From Bdellovibrionota bacterium (GTDB lineage Bacteria > Bdellovibrionota_C > UBA2361 > JAFLCA01), in the NCBI GenBank assembly GCA_044347745.1, contig JBIKUD010000008.1, positions 26,841-90,840 of the forward strand: 64,000 nt of DNA, read 5' to 3'. This document shows positions 11,375 through 21,241 of this stretch, piece after piece. The stretch's first letter is position 1; each line of letters starts with the position of its first letter. The notes below the pieces were generated by a model. That model was not told the DNA's origin. It saw only the letters and a list, made by a program, of their open reading frames with translations, and made no database searches. The position numbers and the translations under genes were made by a program.

Positions 11375-12946
11375 TCAAACTCCGGTGCACCCACAACCTA
11401 AATTACAGCAGCGGTTATTGGCATTGCATCCGCTAGTACAGTAGGCACCTTGCGGCCCGCTACATTGACTACAGGTTAAGGTAGCTGTCGGAGAGGGTGT
11501 GTGGGTTGGTGTGGGCGTTAAGGTGATGGTCGCAGTGGCAGTCATAGTCGGTGTTGGAGACGGAGTGGTTGTGGCTGTAGCTGTTGCCGTTGCTGTTGCG
11601 GTTTGAGTTGGACTGCTTGTAGCGGTTGCAGTAGCTGTTTGCGTCGGAGTTGAAGTTGTTGTGGCCGTTTGAGTTGGAGTTCTCGTTGTTGTCGGAGTCC
11701 TTGTTGGTGTGCGTGTCGGCGTAACTGACGGTGTTAGGGTGACAGTCGGGGTTAAAGTCACGGTTGGCGTTAACGTAATTGTTGGCGTCGGGGTTACAGT
11801 TCCTGTTGCCGTGCTTGTCGGTGTGCTCGTTGTGGTCGGAGTCTGAGTCGGTGTCGGCGTAATAGTTGGCGTCAGTGTGGACGTTGGCGTTGAAGTAACC
11901 GTTGGCGTAAGGGTGATAGTTGGGGTGAGAGTCACCGTAGGCGTCGGCGTTATTGTAGGAGTAAGAGTTGGCGTCGGCGTTATTGTTGGTGTGCTCGTTG
12001 GTGTTGTCGTTGGTGTACTGGTGCTCGTTGGAGTTTGAGTCGGCGTTGGCGTAATTGTGGGTGTATTCGTAATCGTCGGTGTCAGCGTTGGGGTGTTCGT
12101 TGTTGTTGCCGTGGCTGTTGGTGTTGTAGTGGGTGTTAGTGTTGGCGTTGGTGTAAGTGTAGGAGTTGGAGTTGGGCTTACTGTAGCCGTTGGTGCCACG
12201 CCGCCTAGACCAAATACTCTTGCTCTACGAAAAGCAACCTGAGCTGCAACAAGTCTAAAATTTGGCACTAAAGGAGTGACTGGACTAAAGTCTACTTCTA
12301 AATGAACCACTAATGGATGCAAACCGAGCACATTCGCCCAGCTTTCTGTAGGTCCAGGCCAAAATTGGTTTGTGGTCGAATTTCGCGAAGGGTGCTCTAA
12401 AATCGAGTTATCACTCATGCGGCGCACTCTTTCGCCGGGACGCATAAACGCAGCATCTCTTAGATTTGAATTAGTAATGCCGCTGCCCGGAGCAACATAC
12501 GTAAGGCCCGAGCAATATGGGTTAGAGCTGCAGGTATAATCTGGAGAAAAGTAATGATCGAAAGGGATTAGTCGAGCACCACTAGGCACATTTGAAGGTG
12601 ATACTACCAGAGAAGCAGTTTGAAGCGCCCGCCCAAGCACGCCTGAATTCGGTACCCCGTTTGTGCCAAACACATCTGCGTGAAATTGGGCACATTTTTG
12701 GGTATTCGCGATTGTCGCCGTGCAAAATGTTTGATCAGTGGGAATTTCTGTTTCGCGTTTAGCTGCAAAATCAACTGCATCATGGGCAGCCCAATTCAGC
12801 ACCACCCAAATGAGAAAATAGCGGGCTATGTCGATGGTGAAAAAAACGAAGAGTAGAAAAATGGGCAGCGTGATGGCCGCCTCGATAAACGAGACCCCAG
12901 ATTGACTGGGTACTCTAGAGCGAAAAGATGAACGCGGGCCCTGCAT
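11375..12946 (-). CDS. TadE-like pseudopilin carrying a ~270-aa Thr-Pro repeat tract and a C-terminal Cys-rich knot
   Basis: N-terminal TadE motif [26 protein letters not shown]. The long (TPTPTLTPT)n region is encoded at about 11470-12250. The last 31 aa contain 10 Cys ([32 protein letters not shown]). Confidence 0.6.
   Translation of the reverse strand: MQGPRSSFRSRVPSQSGVSFIEAAITLPIFLLFVFFTIDIARYFLIWVVLNWAAHDAVDFAAKRETEIPTDQTFCTATIANTQKCAQFHADVFGTNGVPNSGVLGRALQTASLVVSPSNVPSGARLIPFDHYFSPDYTCSSNPYCSGLTYVAPGSGITNSNLRDAAFMRPGERVRRMSDNSILEHPSRNSTTNQFWPGPTESWANVLGLHPLVVHLEVDFSPVTPLVPNFRLVAAQVAFRRARVFGLGGVAPTATVSPTPTPTLTPTPTLTPTTTPTATATTTNTPTLTPTITNTPTITPTPTQTPTSTSTPTTTPTSTPTITPTPTLTPTITPTPTVTLTPTITLTPTVTSTPTSTLTPTITPTPTQTPTTTSTPTSTATGTVTPTPTITLTPTVTLTPTVTLTPSVTPTRTPTRTPTTTRTPTQTATTTSTPTQTATATATSSPTQTATATATATATTTPSPTPTMTATATITLTPTPTHTPSPTATLTCSQCSGPQGAYCTSGCNANNRCCNLGCGCTGV
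11470..12250 (-). repeat. Highly repetitive coding DNA (degenerate 6-9 nt units encoding Thr-Pro repeats)
   Basis: On the plus strand I see periodic gttggcgt / gtcggcgt / gttggagt units. An antisense ORF translates as a VGV repeat. Confidence 0.7.
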
Positions 12947-13113
12947 AATTCTGTCGACTCAATCCGTAAGTACTCATACTAGGCAAGGGCCAGAATCCAT
13001 TCAAGCTATAGCTTACTTTTTAAATGACCAGCCATGGCCATTTAAAAAGCGCTCCAAACTCCATTGGGGCCCCACTGCACCCCAACACCTTGCTTTGCCC
13101 CGAGCTCACCCTT

Positions 13114-13773
13114 TTATGGGCAGGTACTTGGCGTACAGCTACTATCTGTGCAGCATGCCCCGCCAACGCTAATCAGGGTTCCATTGCAATCGTATAAACA
13201 TCCCGGATTTCCAAAGCGATTCAAAGAGCCTACTCCATTACCTGAGGTTGCAAGTATTGGAGCAACAACCTGTGTTTGGAAGTCGCCTGTCACAAGCTGA
13301 ACAAGTGGAGGTACGTTCGCGTCCATGGTGACGGTAATAGATCTCGCCGGAGCTCCCGTAACGTTATAAGAAGCGTCCATATCTGGAGGACCGCTCAATT
13401 TATGGTAGCGATTCATATTTCCGAGTTGGGTATTTCGATAGTTCATGTCATTGACGCCAATTTGCCCTTGAGGCCAGCCGGCTCCCGCAATTGCCACTTC
13501 GTAAGCCATATTGTTTACCCAGCTTACTTGGGAATAGAGGCGACCAAGTTCCAGAATTCCAGAGAAGAAGATGAAGATAATAGGCAAGGTAAAAAGAAAT
13601 TCTACAATGACACCGCCCTGGGCGTCTTTGCGCCAAGCTTGAGAAGAACAGTGTGATGCTAAATTCCACGCCATATTTGTATGCAGGGCCCAGTGAGCCC
13701 CTAACCTCTGTACCTTATATCTGGGGTTCAGCAAGAATTGATCCAATTCAAATTGCTCAAAAATCGATATCAT
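13114..13773 (-). CDS. TadE-like pseudopilin with a Cys-rich C-terminus. The true start is probably internal, near 13674.
   Basis: TadE motif GGVIVEFLFTLPIIFIFFSGILELGRLY. The C-terminal end reads GGACCTDSSCTPSTCP. The first 33 codons of the ORF look like an upstream run-on. Confidence 0.5.
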   Translation of the reverse strand: MISIFEQFELDQFLLNPRYKVQRLGAHWALHTNMAWNLASHCSSQAWRKDAQGGVIVEFLFTLPIIFIFFSGILELGRLYSQVSWVNNMAYEVAIAGAGWPQGQIGVNDMNYRNTQLGNMNRYHKLSGPPDMDASYNVTGAPARSITVTMDANVPPLVQLVTGDFQTQVVAPILATSGNGVGSLNRFGNPGCLYDCNGTLISVGGACCTDSSCTPSTCP

Positions 13774-13893
13774 GTTGAACTAACTAAGTAAAATTTCTAT
13801 TAGTCGCGGCAGACAAAAGGCGTTATGCTCAGCTTCTCAGAGTGCTCTGGCGTAACGCGCTGAATTTATTGTGTTTATTGGACTACGAATTTC

Positions 13894-14664
13894 ATGCAGA
13901 GCAGCAAAATGGCGGGGCCTGAACTAGTAATTGTAATGCCAGCCTATAACGAGGAAGGTTGTATCGAGCCCGTGGTATCTGGGTGGCTTAAGCAACTAGG
14001 GGCTATGGGGCTTAAGGGGCATTGCCTTCTCGTAGTTAACGACGGTTCCCGTGACCAAACCGGCAAAATCTTGGATAGCTTGGCAGCAAAGCAGCCTCAG
14101 GGCTTAAAGGTTATTCATCAACCTAATGGTGGGCATGGTAGAGCCCTACGGCATGCTTATGAGCAAGCACTGGCTCTTGAACCGAGCTGGGTTTTCCATG
14201 TTGATAGCGACGATCAGTTTATACCAGAAGATTTAAACAAACTTTGGCAGCAAAGGCACACCTCAGATTTTATACTTGGGCTCCGAGCAGTGCGACACGA
14301 TGCCCCGCATCGACTCGTTATAACCCGCATTATGAGGCTATTAAATTTTTTGGCTTTTGGTGTGTTTTTGAAAGATGCAAATGTGCCGTTTCGTTTGATT
14401 CGAGGATCGTACCTCAAATTGTTACTTGAAATTGTGCCTGCGACCGTATTTGCTCCAAACATTTTCCTCTCTGTGCTTGCTGCTCGTGATGGGCAGAATC
14501 TTGGTTTTTTACCGGTGCAACATCGTGAGCGAGAAACGGGAAAAGTATCTATCGTGCGCTGGGGACTGATAAAAGCTTGTATGCGTTGTGTCCGAGAGCT
14601 TATGGTTTTTCGGGTTCAGCTTGGATCAAATCTGGCAAAAATTCGGCGAGATCGTAAACCGTAA
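13894..14664 (+). CDS. GT2-family glycosyltransferase, polyprenol-phosphate sugar synthase type (Dpm1/GtrB/ArnC-like)
   Basis: The motifs VIVMPAYNEE, VVNDGSRDQT, NGGHGRAL and DSDDQF are all GT-A/GT2 signatures. The protein is short (256 aa), like polyprenyl-phosphate glycosyltransferases. Confidence 0.75.
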   Translation: MQSSKMAGPELVIVMPAYNEEGCIEPVVSGWLKQLGAMGLKGHCLLVVNDGSRDQTGKILDSLAAKQPQGLKVIHQPNGGHGRALRHAYEQALALEPSWVFHVDSDDQFIPEDLNKLWQQRHTSDFILGLRAVRHDAPHRLVITRIMRLLNFLAFGVFLKDANVPFRLIRGSYLKLLLEIVPATVFAPNIFLSVLAARDGQNLGFLPVQHRERETGKVSIVRWGLIKACMRCVRELMVFRVQLGSNLAKIRRDRKP

Positions 14665-14690
14665 AGTGCCCAAGTTTTATTCACCAACTC

Positions 14691-16736
14691 GTGGGCCCTT
14701 TGGAGAATCTACCTGTGACAAAAATTGACCCCATCGCAGCCAATGAAATGTCTGTATCAAAAAGTTATTTTGCTGGGTTTTCTCGAGTTCAGCTTGTCTT
14801 ATTTTGGCTCTGCGTTGCGGTTGGATTAGCGCTGCGTTGGATAGGACTTGATGAAAGACCGTTTCATCATGATGAATCGTTGCATGGAATGTACGGGAAG
14901 TATTTTTTTGATTGGCCAGAGCACAATTACTACAAATACTCTCCAATGCTGCATGGGCCTTTCCTCTACAATATGTTGCGGGTTGTCTACAATACGCTCG
15001 GTGAAAGTGATTGGGCGGCTCGTGCGCCCATTGCGCTTGTAGGAAGTGCACTGCTGTTTGTTCCACTCTTGTTTCGTCGCTGGCTTAGCGTAGGCAGCGT
15101 GCTCGTGCTTACCGCCACTGTGTCTCTCTCTCCAACCCTAGTGTATTGGTCCCGATTTTTGCGTGAGGATACGCTTATTCTTGCGTTGATGGCCTTAATG
15201 CTATTTGCGGTCACAGAAATGCGCGCGCCTCTTAAAGCGTTCTGGTTCATTCTCGCTTTTACATTGCAGTTTTGTATTAAAGAAAATGCTTATGTGACTT
15301 TAGCTATTTTACTTGGCTACCTTGTTTTTGAGCATTTGTATGCATTATGGAAATTGGACGATAAAAATTCATTAGTCCGTTCGATGTTTCGATATGTGTC
15401 TCAGCACAAAGTTGCAACTTTCGTTGCGTGTGCGGTTAGTACCTTTATTTATTGTTATCTCTACAGCGCTGGTTTTCGCTACTCTCAGGGAATTCTCGAT
15501 GGTCTGTATCGTGAGAGCATTGTGTACTGGATGCATCACCACAACATCGAACGTATCAGCGGGCCGTTTTTGTTTCATTTCTACATGCTGTCTTGGTATG
15601 AGAGCTTGTTTGTTCTGGCCTTCTTGGCGCACCTCTACTTCTTTTATAGAGCTGCTTCAATGCCAGTACGCGCACTCGCTGCCGCCACTTTAATTTTTGC
15701 CTTAACCCTGGGTATTTGGGTATCGACCAACATGGGCGTTGGAGTCCAAGCTACAGGTTCTTTCTTGGACCCAACTAGTATTAACTTTCTTGTATGGAAG
15801 TTTTTTAAACTGAAAGACGGCTATGATTTAGTCGGACTTATCATATTTTTGGTTCATCCGTTTATTGTCACAGTGGTGCATCTTAACCGTGGTGAAAGGG
15901 CGCTCGCATTTTTTGGCTACTTCTTTACCGCCACACTTTTTACCTACAGCTATTTAGGCGAGAAGGTACCTTGGTTGTCTGTTTACCCATTTGTGTCAGG
16001 ACTGGCCTACTTTGCGTTGTTTTTTGAATCTGTGCTCGCCAAGTTTGACGTGGGCTATTGGTCTGAATGCAGCACTGCCGCATTGCTACGCAATTTTGGT
16101 ATTCTATGCTCGCTTCTTGGATTATGGTTCTTGGTAGAGTCTGGGGAGGTAGCCGAGCTGTGGTGGGTCTTTTCTGGCCTTGTTTTTGTGTTCGCCGCTA
16201 ACGCCGCTCAATCGGCAGGCATGCTCGGCTCGTATAATGCGGCGCGTTTTGGTTTTGCGGTGCTGGCTCTTTTTATGCTGAGAGCCTCAGTATTAACAAA
16301 CTTTGTATATGCCGGAGATGCACGAGAGTATATTTCTCAAGTGCATACTACCAAAGAATTTCACACCATCATGAAGGCTCTTCAAACTGAGATAAACAGC
16401 GAGCTTAGGGGCTATCGGCCTTCGGTTTTTGTAACGGGGGAAGCTACCTGGCCTTCAACTTGGTATATGCGTCATTATCCAAACGAATATAAGTTTACCG
16501 CAGCAACCGCTGATTACCCGTCATTTAATTATCTGGTGCTTGATTGGAAAGAAGGTGAGCGTCCTGCTGGTATTCCCGAGCACTTTAGGGTGCTGAAGAT
16601 CAACTTGCGTGGCTGGTGGGTTCCTGACTTTCGGGAAATGACCCTCAAGAGATTTTTAGCTTATGCGCTCAATCGCACTCCCTGGGGGCCAACAGGATAT
16701 TCCTACGTTAACTTGGTGGTAAACCCGGCAAAATAA
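14691..16736 (+). CDS. GT-C fold integral membrane glycosyltransferase-like protein (PMT/ArnT-like, GT39-type)
   Basis: Polytopic membrane protein of 681 aa. Its first loop carries HHDESLHGMYGKYF, which resembles the PMT/ArnT DE motif (FDEVHFGKF). Confidence 0.55.
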   Translation: MGPLENLPVTKIDPIAANEMSVSKSYFAGFSRVQLVLFWLCVAVGLALRWIGLDERPFHHDESLHGMYGKYFFDWPEHNYYKYSPMLHGPFLYNMLRVVYNTLGESDWAARAPIALVGSALLFVPLLFRRWLSVGSVLVLTATVSLSPTLVYWSRFLREDTLILALMALMLFAVTEMRAPLKAFWFILAFTLQFCIKENAYVTLAILLGYLVFEHLYALWKLDDKNSLVRSMFRYVSQHKVATFVACAVSTFIYCYLYSAGFRYSQGILDGLYRESIVYWMHHHNIERISGPFLFHFYMLSWYESLFVLAFLAHLYFFYRAASMPVRALAAATLIFALTLGIWVSTNMGVGVQATGSFLDPTSINFLVWKFFKLKDGYDLVGLIIFLVHPFIVTVVHLNRGERALAFFGYFFTATLFTYSYLGEKVPWLSVYPFVSGLAYFALFFESVLAKFDVGYWSECSTAALLRNFGILCSLLGLWFLVESGEVAELWWVFSGLVFVFAANAAQSAGMLGSYNAARFGFAVLALFMLRASVLTNFVYAGDAREYISQVHTTKEFHTIMKALQTEINSELRGYRPSVFVTGEATWPSTWYMRHYPNEYKFTAATADYPSFNYLVLDWKEGERPAGIPEHFRVLKINLRGWWVPDFREMTLKRFLAYALNRTPWGPTGYSYVNLVVNPAK

Positions 16737-16746
16737 GCGAGGGATT

Positions 16747-17463
16747 TTGCGCGCATTATTCTACTATGATGAAGGTATAAGCGAATGGTCGAGGAAGTAT
16801 CTTCCGCAAGCCATGCAAGATTCTTTGGGTGGAAAAGGCATGGAAGTAGCTACCATTCTTGCCGACCAAATTATTGCTGGCGACCTTGATTCAGCTCAGT
16901 TGCTTATTATGCCTGGCGGTGCTGATAGGCCCTACATTAAAAAATTAGGCGCTGAGGGCTGTCGCCAAATTCGGCGCTTTGTCAGTTCTGGTGGTACCTA
17001 TTTGGGGATATGTGCAGGGGCATATTTTGCAGCATCTAAAATTGAGTGGAATACAGGAGCGCCAGGTTCAATTTGTGCAGAGCGTGATCTTAAGTTTTTT
17101 TCAGGTAAAGCCATAGGTCCGTTGACAGGACCTGGCTCCTATCAGGCAGATTCTGAAATGGGGGCGCGAGTGCTCAGGCTTCACAGCCCAGATGGAGCCA
17201 GTTTTGCCTCATACTATAATGGCGGCTGTTGGTTTGAGCCAAATGGTGAAAGTTATGAGCCGATTGCATTTTTCACGGACTATAAAAACCGTTTGGCCGT
17301 GGTGAAAGGTGCTGTGGGGAAGGGCCGGGTAGTCCTCAGTGGTGTGCACCCTGAATTTTCGCCTGCAATGTTGGGCCCGCAACATGCGTGTTACCCAGAA
17401 CTAAAAGCCCGCGATGCACAAAGGGCAGCGCTTTGGGTACGGATATGTGATGCTCTACAATGA
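16747..17463 (+). CDS. Class I glutamine-amidotransferase-like / BPL_N-type domain protein
   Basis: LLIMPGGADRPY...GGTYLGICAGAYFA resembles a GATase1-like nucleophile elbow (G-x-C-x-G). Confidence 0.4.
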   Translation: MRALFYYDEGISEWSRKYLPQAMQDSLGGKGMEVATILADQIIAGDLDSAQLLIMPGGADRPYIKKLGAEGCRQIRRFVSSGGTYLGICAGAYFAASKIEWNTGAPGSICAERDLKFFSGKAIGPLTGPGSYQADSEMGARVLRLHSPDGASFASYYNGGCWFEPNGESYEPIAFFTDYKNRLAVVKGAVGKGRVVLSGVHPEFSPAMLGPQHACYPELKARDAQRAALWVRICDALQ

Positions 17464-17481
17464 ATGAGCGACGGGTGACAA

Positions 17482-19536
17482 TTAGGGCACGTACACCTTG
17501 TATTCCTTGCTTCGCACTATCTCCTTGAGGCAGCTGAATTGATTGCTTTGTAGGGACGGGTAGGCCTTTTTTTCAAGTGGGCCGAGCACAATATACGTTA
17601 TACGTTCACGACGGGCCAAGGTTCGAATATTTTCGCAATTGGGGTCAGTGTATATTTGATTCGTAACTTCCGTGCGTCGATTTACTTCAGCGTAATCTTT
17701 GCTGAGTAAATTTACATGATTCGTCCATCCCAAATAGGCTGGTTTGCCTGAGAGAGTGGCCACGTGCGTAGTAAAGTCGTACGCAGGTCCTTGTGCTTCA
17801 AGTACAGTGCCAAATCTACTGCGCTCTAAGATTTGGATGGTAGTGGCTGCCCCAGGAAAGCGTTTGTCTATTTCGCTTAGGCCTTGAGCGAGTGGTATCA
17901 CATCGTGAGCACTCGATTTTCTCACCTGAATGGTGCTGGTGAAAAAGCCGGTCATGAGGGCAATCAAAGTTACTAATATGGGAATTCTTGGAATATCTTT
18001 AATCTCGCCTAACCAGGGCATAAGCCAGGTAGAGGTGCGCCATAAGGCGAAGACATGCAGTGGCAGCCATGCAGCAGTGTAGGCTTTAAATACCGTATTC
18101 ATTCTTTCAACATCGCCACCATACGAGTCGTCGAAAAAGAAAAGTTCTGGAAATATAATCAGAAAGAGCCCAAGTACGCCCAGTGTCTCAAGCACGATAG
18201 CATCAATGCTGAGGGCAGATTTAGTTTGTTGTCGTAGTCGCCAAATGTTCAGCGCGAAAGCCACGAGTAGTAAATAAAGTGCTTTATTCGCTGCCAAGCT
18301 GGGAATAATAAATATTAGGCATAAAGTCATCCATCCCCAGGTGCGTGAGCTGAGAATTGTTGCACTGAGTATGAGAAAAAGTGGAAATCCCCAATGACGC
18401 AGCAAATCCTGCACACTTGAGTGGCCTATGCTGCTTGTGACCGGTCGAAGAGGCATATCGCCGGGCAAAATATTGCGAGAGGAAGCAAACAGACTAATTC
18501 CAAGAAAGAGGATAAGGAGCGAGGCGCTCGCTAATTTTAAATCAGCGAAATCTTTAAGGCTTGGGCGCAGGCTCCATACGTACCCCAATCGTGTGGTCAA
18601 GCGAGGAAGTAGGAAAAAAAGCACGCCAATTCCACACAGTATGAGCCAAACTGGAACCTCCCAAGCGTTGGCGTTGTAGAGCCAAAGGGGAGGGATTACA
18701 AAAACGCTGATACCGATAAAAAAACGCCAAGCATTTTCGGTGGTTTGTTTTAAGAGTGTGTGTAGCGCCACTATACACAAAGGAGTTACGCTTAAGTTCA
18801 AATAGTGAGGGTGTGCGTCGCCAAGTAGAAACGACCACGCAGGAAATTCATTGATGGTTCCGGGAATAACCCGTGACGGGCCCCACCAGTTTTTGTCGGC
18901 TTTTAGGAAGAATAAGACACCTTCAATATTCGAACCAAGCGCGATTAACGTGCTTGATGCCAGTGCAAAGAGGGGAGAAAATTTTGCGATATCCCGCAGA
19001 ATCAAAAAACAAAAAGTTAAAAAGAAACTAAGAGAGAGTGCAACGAGGGAATGGTAAACCTCCCAGGTTTGGAGCCCGAATAGTGCATGCAGTACATGCC
19101 CAAAACGATACCAATAAAAATAATAATTGAGCGGGGTCTCCGCCATCCAAGGCTCAAGCGGGATAATAGGAGAGTGAACTGCCGAGGCAACTAGGGCATA
19201 GTCTCTTAAACGTTCGCCCATCTGGTAAAAGTCTGGCCAACGGAGACAGAGGGAATAAAGGGCTGCATAACTTATTATCCAGAGAAGCAGCGGCAAGCCC
19301 TCGCGCTGAAGGTTCAGCTGTGCCCGCTTCCTATATGGATTTGTAAGAAAGTGTATTATCGCAATACCAAGCATCCAAAACACCGCGTACGATACCGGAT
19401 TTGGGATACCCATGCTGCCGAAGGGGAATGCGAGGATGGGCACAGTGAGCAGGGTTAAGACCGCAGTTAGAAAGGCTGGGAGGCGTAACAAAAATGCGAC
19501 GAATGTTGCGGTGCTAACACCGAGTATTATTTCCAT
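17482..19536 (-). CDS. Polytopic membrane protein, DUF2298/YYY-motif type (GT-C-like candidate)
   Basis: 684 aa with more than 12 predicted TM segments. The NYYFYWYRFG motif is reminiscent of the chlor_Arch_YYY family. Confidence 0.45.
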   Translation of the reverse strand: MEIILGVSTATFVAFLLRLPAFLTAVLTLLTVPILAFPFGSMGIPNPVSYAVFWMLGIAIIHFLTNPYRKRAQLNLQREGLPLLLWIISYAALYSLCLRWPDFYQMGERLRDYALVASAVHSPIIPLEPWMAETPLNYYFYWYRFGHVLHALFGLQTWEVYHSLVALSLSFFLTFCFLILRDIAKFSPLFALASSTLIALGSNIEGVLFFLKADKNWWGPSRVIPGTINEFPAWSFLLGDAHPHYLNLSVTPLCIVALHTLLKQTTENAWRFFIGISVFVIPPLWLYNANAWEVPVWLILCGIGVLFFLLPRLTTRLGYVWSLRPSLKDFADLKLASASLLILFLGISLFASSRNILPGDMPLRPVTSSIGHSSVQDLLRHWGFPLFLILSATILSSRTWGWMTLCLIFIIPSLAANKALYLLLVAFALNIWRLRQQTKSALSIDAIVLETLGVLGLFLIIFPELFFFDDSYGGDVERMNTVFKAYTAAWLPLHVFALWRTSTWLMPWLGEIKDIPRIPILVTLIALMTGFFTSTIQVRKSSAHDVIPLAQGLSEIDKRFPGAATTIQILERSRFGTVLEAQGPAYDFTTHVATLSGKPAYLGWTNHVNLLSKDYAEVNRRTEVTNQIYTDPNCENIRTLARRERITYIVLGPLEKKAYPSLQSNQFSCLKEIVRSKEYKVYVP

Positions 19537-19802
19537 GGGCGGAGTATTTAGTAAATTTTAATGTGCTTGCCGTCATAGTACGAGCTGAGCCGCATTGGTT
19601 AATTCAAGTATTTTTAGAATTCGTTGCCCCCGGAGGGAAAATAAACAGTTAACCTAAAAAGTCATCAAAAAGGAGCTTTAACTATACCTGATAACAAAAG
19701 CACTCATCCATGGGTAGTTTTGGGTTGCGAGAAGGACGAGTTCTTCAGGAAAGGCTTATGCCTTTGCCTCCAAGTAAAGAAGCCGCAATACCAAACTGCG
19801 AG

Positions 19803-20966
19803 TTAGTAACTCGGTTCTTGCTGTGACTCTGCTGCTCTTTGAATGGCCTCCAGGAACCGTCTTCGAATTTCTTCGCGGCGTTCATCTAAAGACGAATCTG
19901 CCTCTGGGTGGGTTACAGAATCGAAGGTTTGTTGGTGGTTTGCGAGAGCGCTTTGCGGTTCGCGAGCTTCAAATAGAGGCGCAGGGTTTGTCTGTTCCGG
20001 GGTTTTAAATTGAAGTAGGGAGTCTGGTTTTAAGAAAGCTGTTTGTATTGCATCACGGATGTCTGCCGGAAAATAATCTTCCTTTAAGCCTTCATCTTGC
20101 TGAGGCACTTCTTCCTGTTTCGGCAACACAAAGGTAGGCGCTTTGGAGTCAGTTTGTGGACCGCTCAGAAGATAGGGATGTTTGTAGAGCGTAATGGCCA
20201 GACTTAAGGTTATTGTAAAGGCAAGTAAGCTTGCCAAAAGTGTGACGTGAGATTTCACTTCAGGCTTTTTGATTGCGGCACTGAGGCCGGAGAGGTTTTC
20301 CTCCCTCAGTTTATTTATCAAATCGTTGTTCTTCGTTGCGTCACTTCCGAAACCAATGGTAGCCGAGCGAGGTCTTTCAAGTTGTACTCGACTGATATAC
20401 TCATTCTCAATCCAACTTTGAGGGCGATCTGAGAGCTGGGTTATAACAATAATGGACTGGGTTTTTGCCACAAATTTGACCATTCGGTCGGCAAACTCCT
20501 CCCTGCGCTGTTCTGAAAGACCCTTAAACGGGTCACTAAGTACATGCACCGTTTCTGGCTGCGCTTCGAGTGCTATAAGCCTTAGAATGCGTTGCTGTTC
20601 CAGCGAAAGTTCGGTGCAGCGCCTTTTTTGGAGCCCACCAAGTCCATTGGTGAGAAGTAGGCGTTCGCACTGAGCAGCGTCAATTTGAAATTCTGCAAGA
20701 TACTCCTGAGTTGAGCCCAGGTAACTTGGGGCAAAATCAGAACCAATTCCAAAATGATTGCAGGGAGTGCTCGCAAAAGGGGTCTGCCCCAAGAGTACTG
20801 AGAATTGGCCTGACTGCGAGGTGCCTAGGAGTGCTGCTTCATATTGGGAGCGGTCTGACTGATGCCCACGAAAAACGGTGATACGCCCAGGGAGACAGTT
20901 GATGCGCCTCTCAATTTCGCCATTCTTTTTAAGTTTAAATATCTCTAATGATGGGCGCATAGACAC
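19803..20966 (-). CDS. Degenerate ABC-ATPase-like domain protein with a TM segment and a low-complexity C-terminal tail
   Basis: ABC signature-like LSLEQQRIL followed by a Walker-B-like VHVLSDPF. Walker A is eroded (RGHQSDRSQY). There is a hydrophobic segment VTLLASLLAFTITLSLAITLY, then a Glu/Gln/Pro-rich tail. Confidence 0.4.
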   Translation of the reverse strand: MSMRPSLEIFKLKKNGEIERRINCLPGRITVFRGHQSDRSQYEAALLGTSQSGQFSVLLGQTPFASTPCNHFGIGSDFAPSYLGSTQEYLAEFQIDAAQCERLLLTNGLGGLQKRRCTELSLEQQRILRLIALEAQPETVHVLSDPFKGLSEQRREEFADRMVKFVAKTQSIIVITQLSDRPQSWIENEYISRVQLERPRSATIGFGSDATKNNDLINKLREENLSGLSAAIKKPEVKSHVTLLASLLAFTITLSLAITLYKHPYLLSGPQTDSKAPTFVLPKQEEVPQQDEGLKEDYFPADIRDAIQTAFLKPDSLLQFKTPEQTNPAPLFEAREPQSALANHQQTFDSVTHPEADSSLDERREEIRRRFLEAIQRAAESQQEPSY

Positions 20967-21241
20967 TTCAATTCAGTAGTTAAATGCCGGAAGAGACAAG
21001 TGGTCAATCTTCTTAATATGGCTGGTGGGCCACCTTACGTTACCTTGAGTGAGCCTCTCCCCTCAAATATCGGTACGTAGTTTTGAGAGCATAAGGCAGG
21101 CGTTTAGAACGACGTTGTAGTTTGTGGCTGGTTGCGGGCCAAGGTTATGAAAATATGTAAAAATGCCGAATCATTGAGAGATGCATAGATTGCGCCGCAA
21201 ACAAAAGCGCTGAAGCGGGGCGACGAGGAACTAGGTTTTTC

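Noticed and set aside
12057-12242. Plus-strand ORF encoding VGVSVGV repeats
   Set aside because: It is the antisense of the Thr-Pro repeat coding tract and simply reflects the repetitive DNA.
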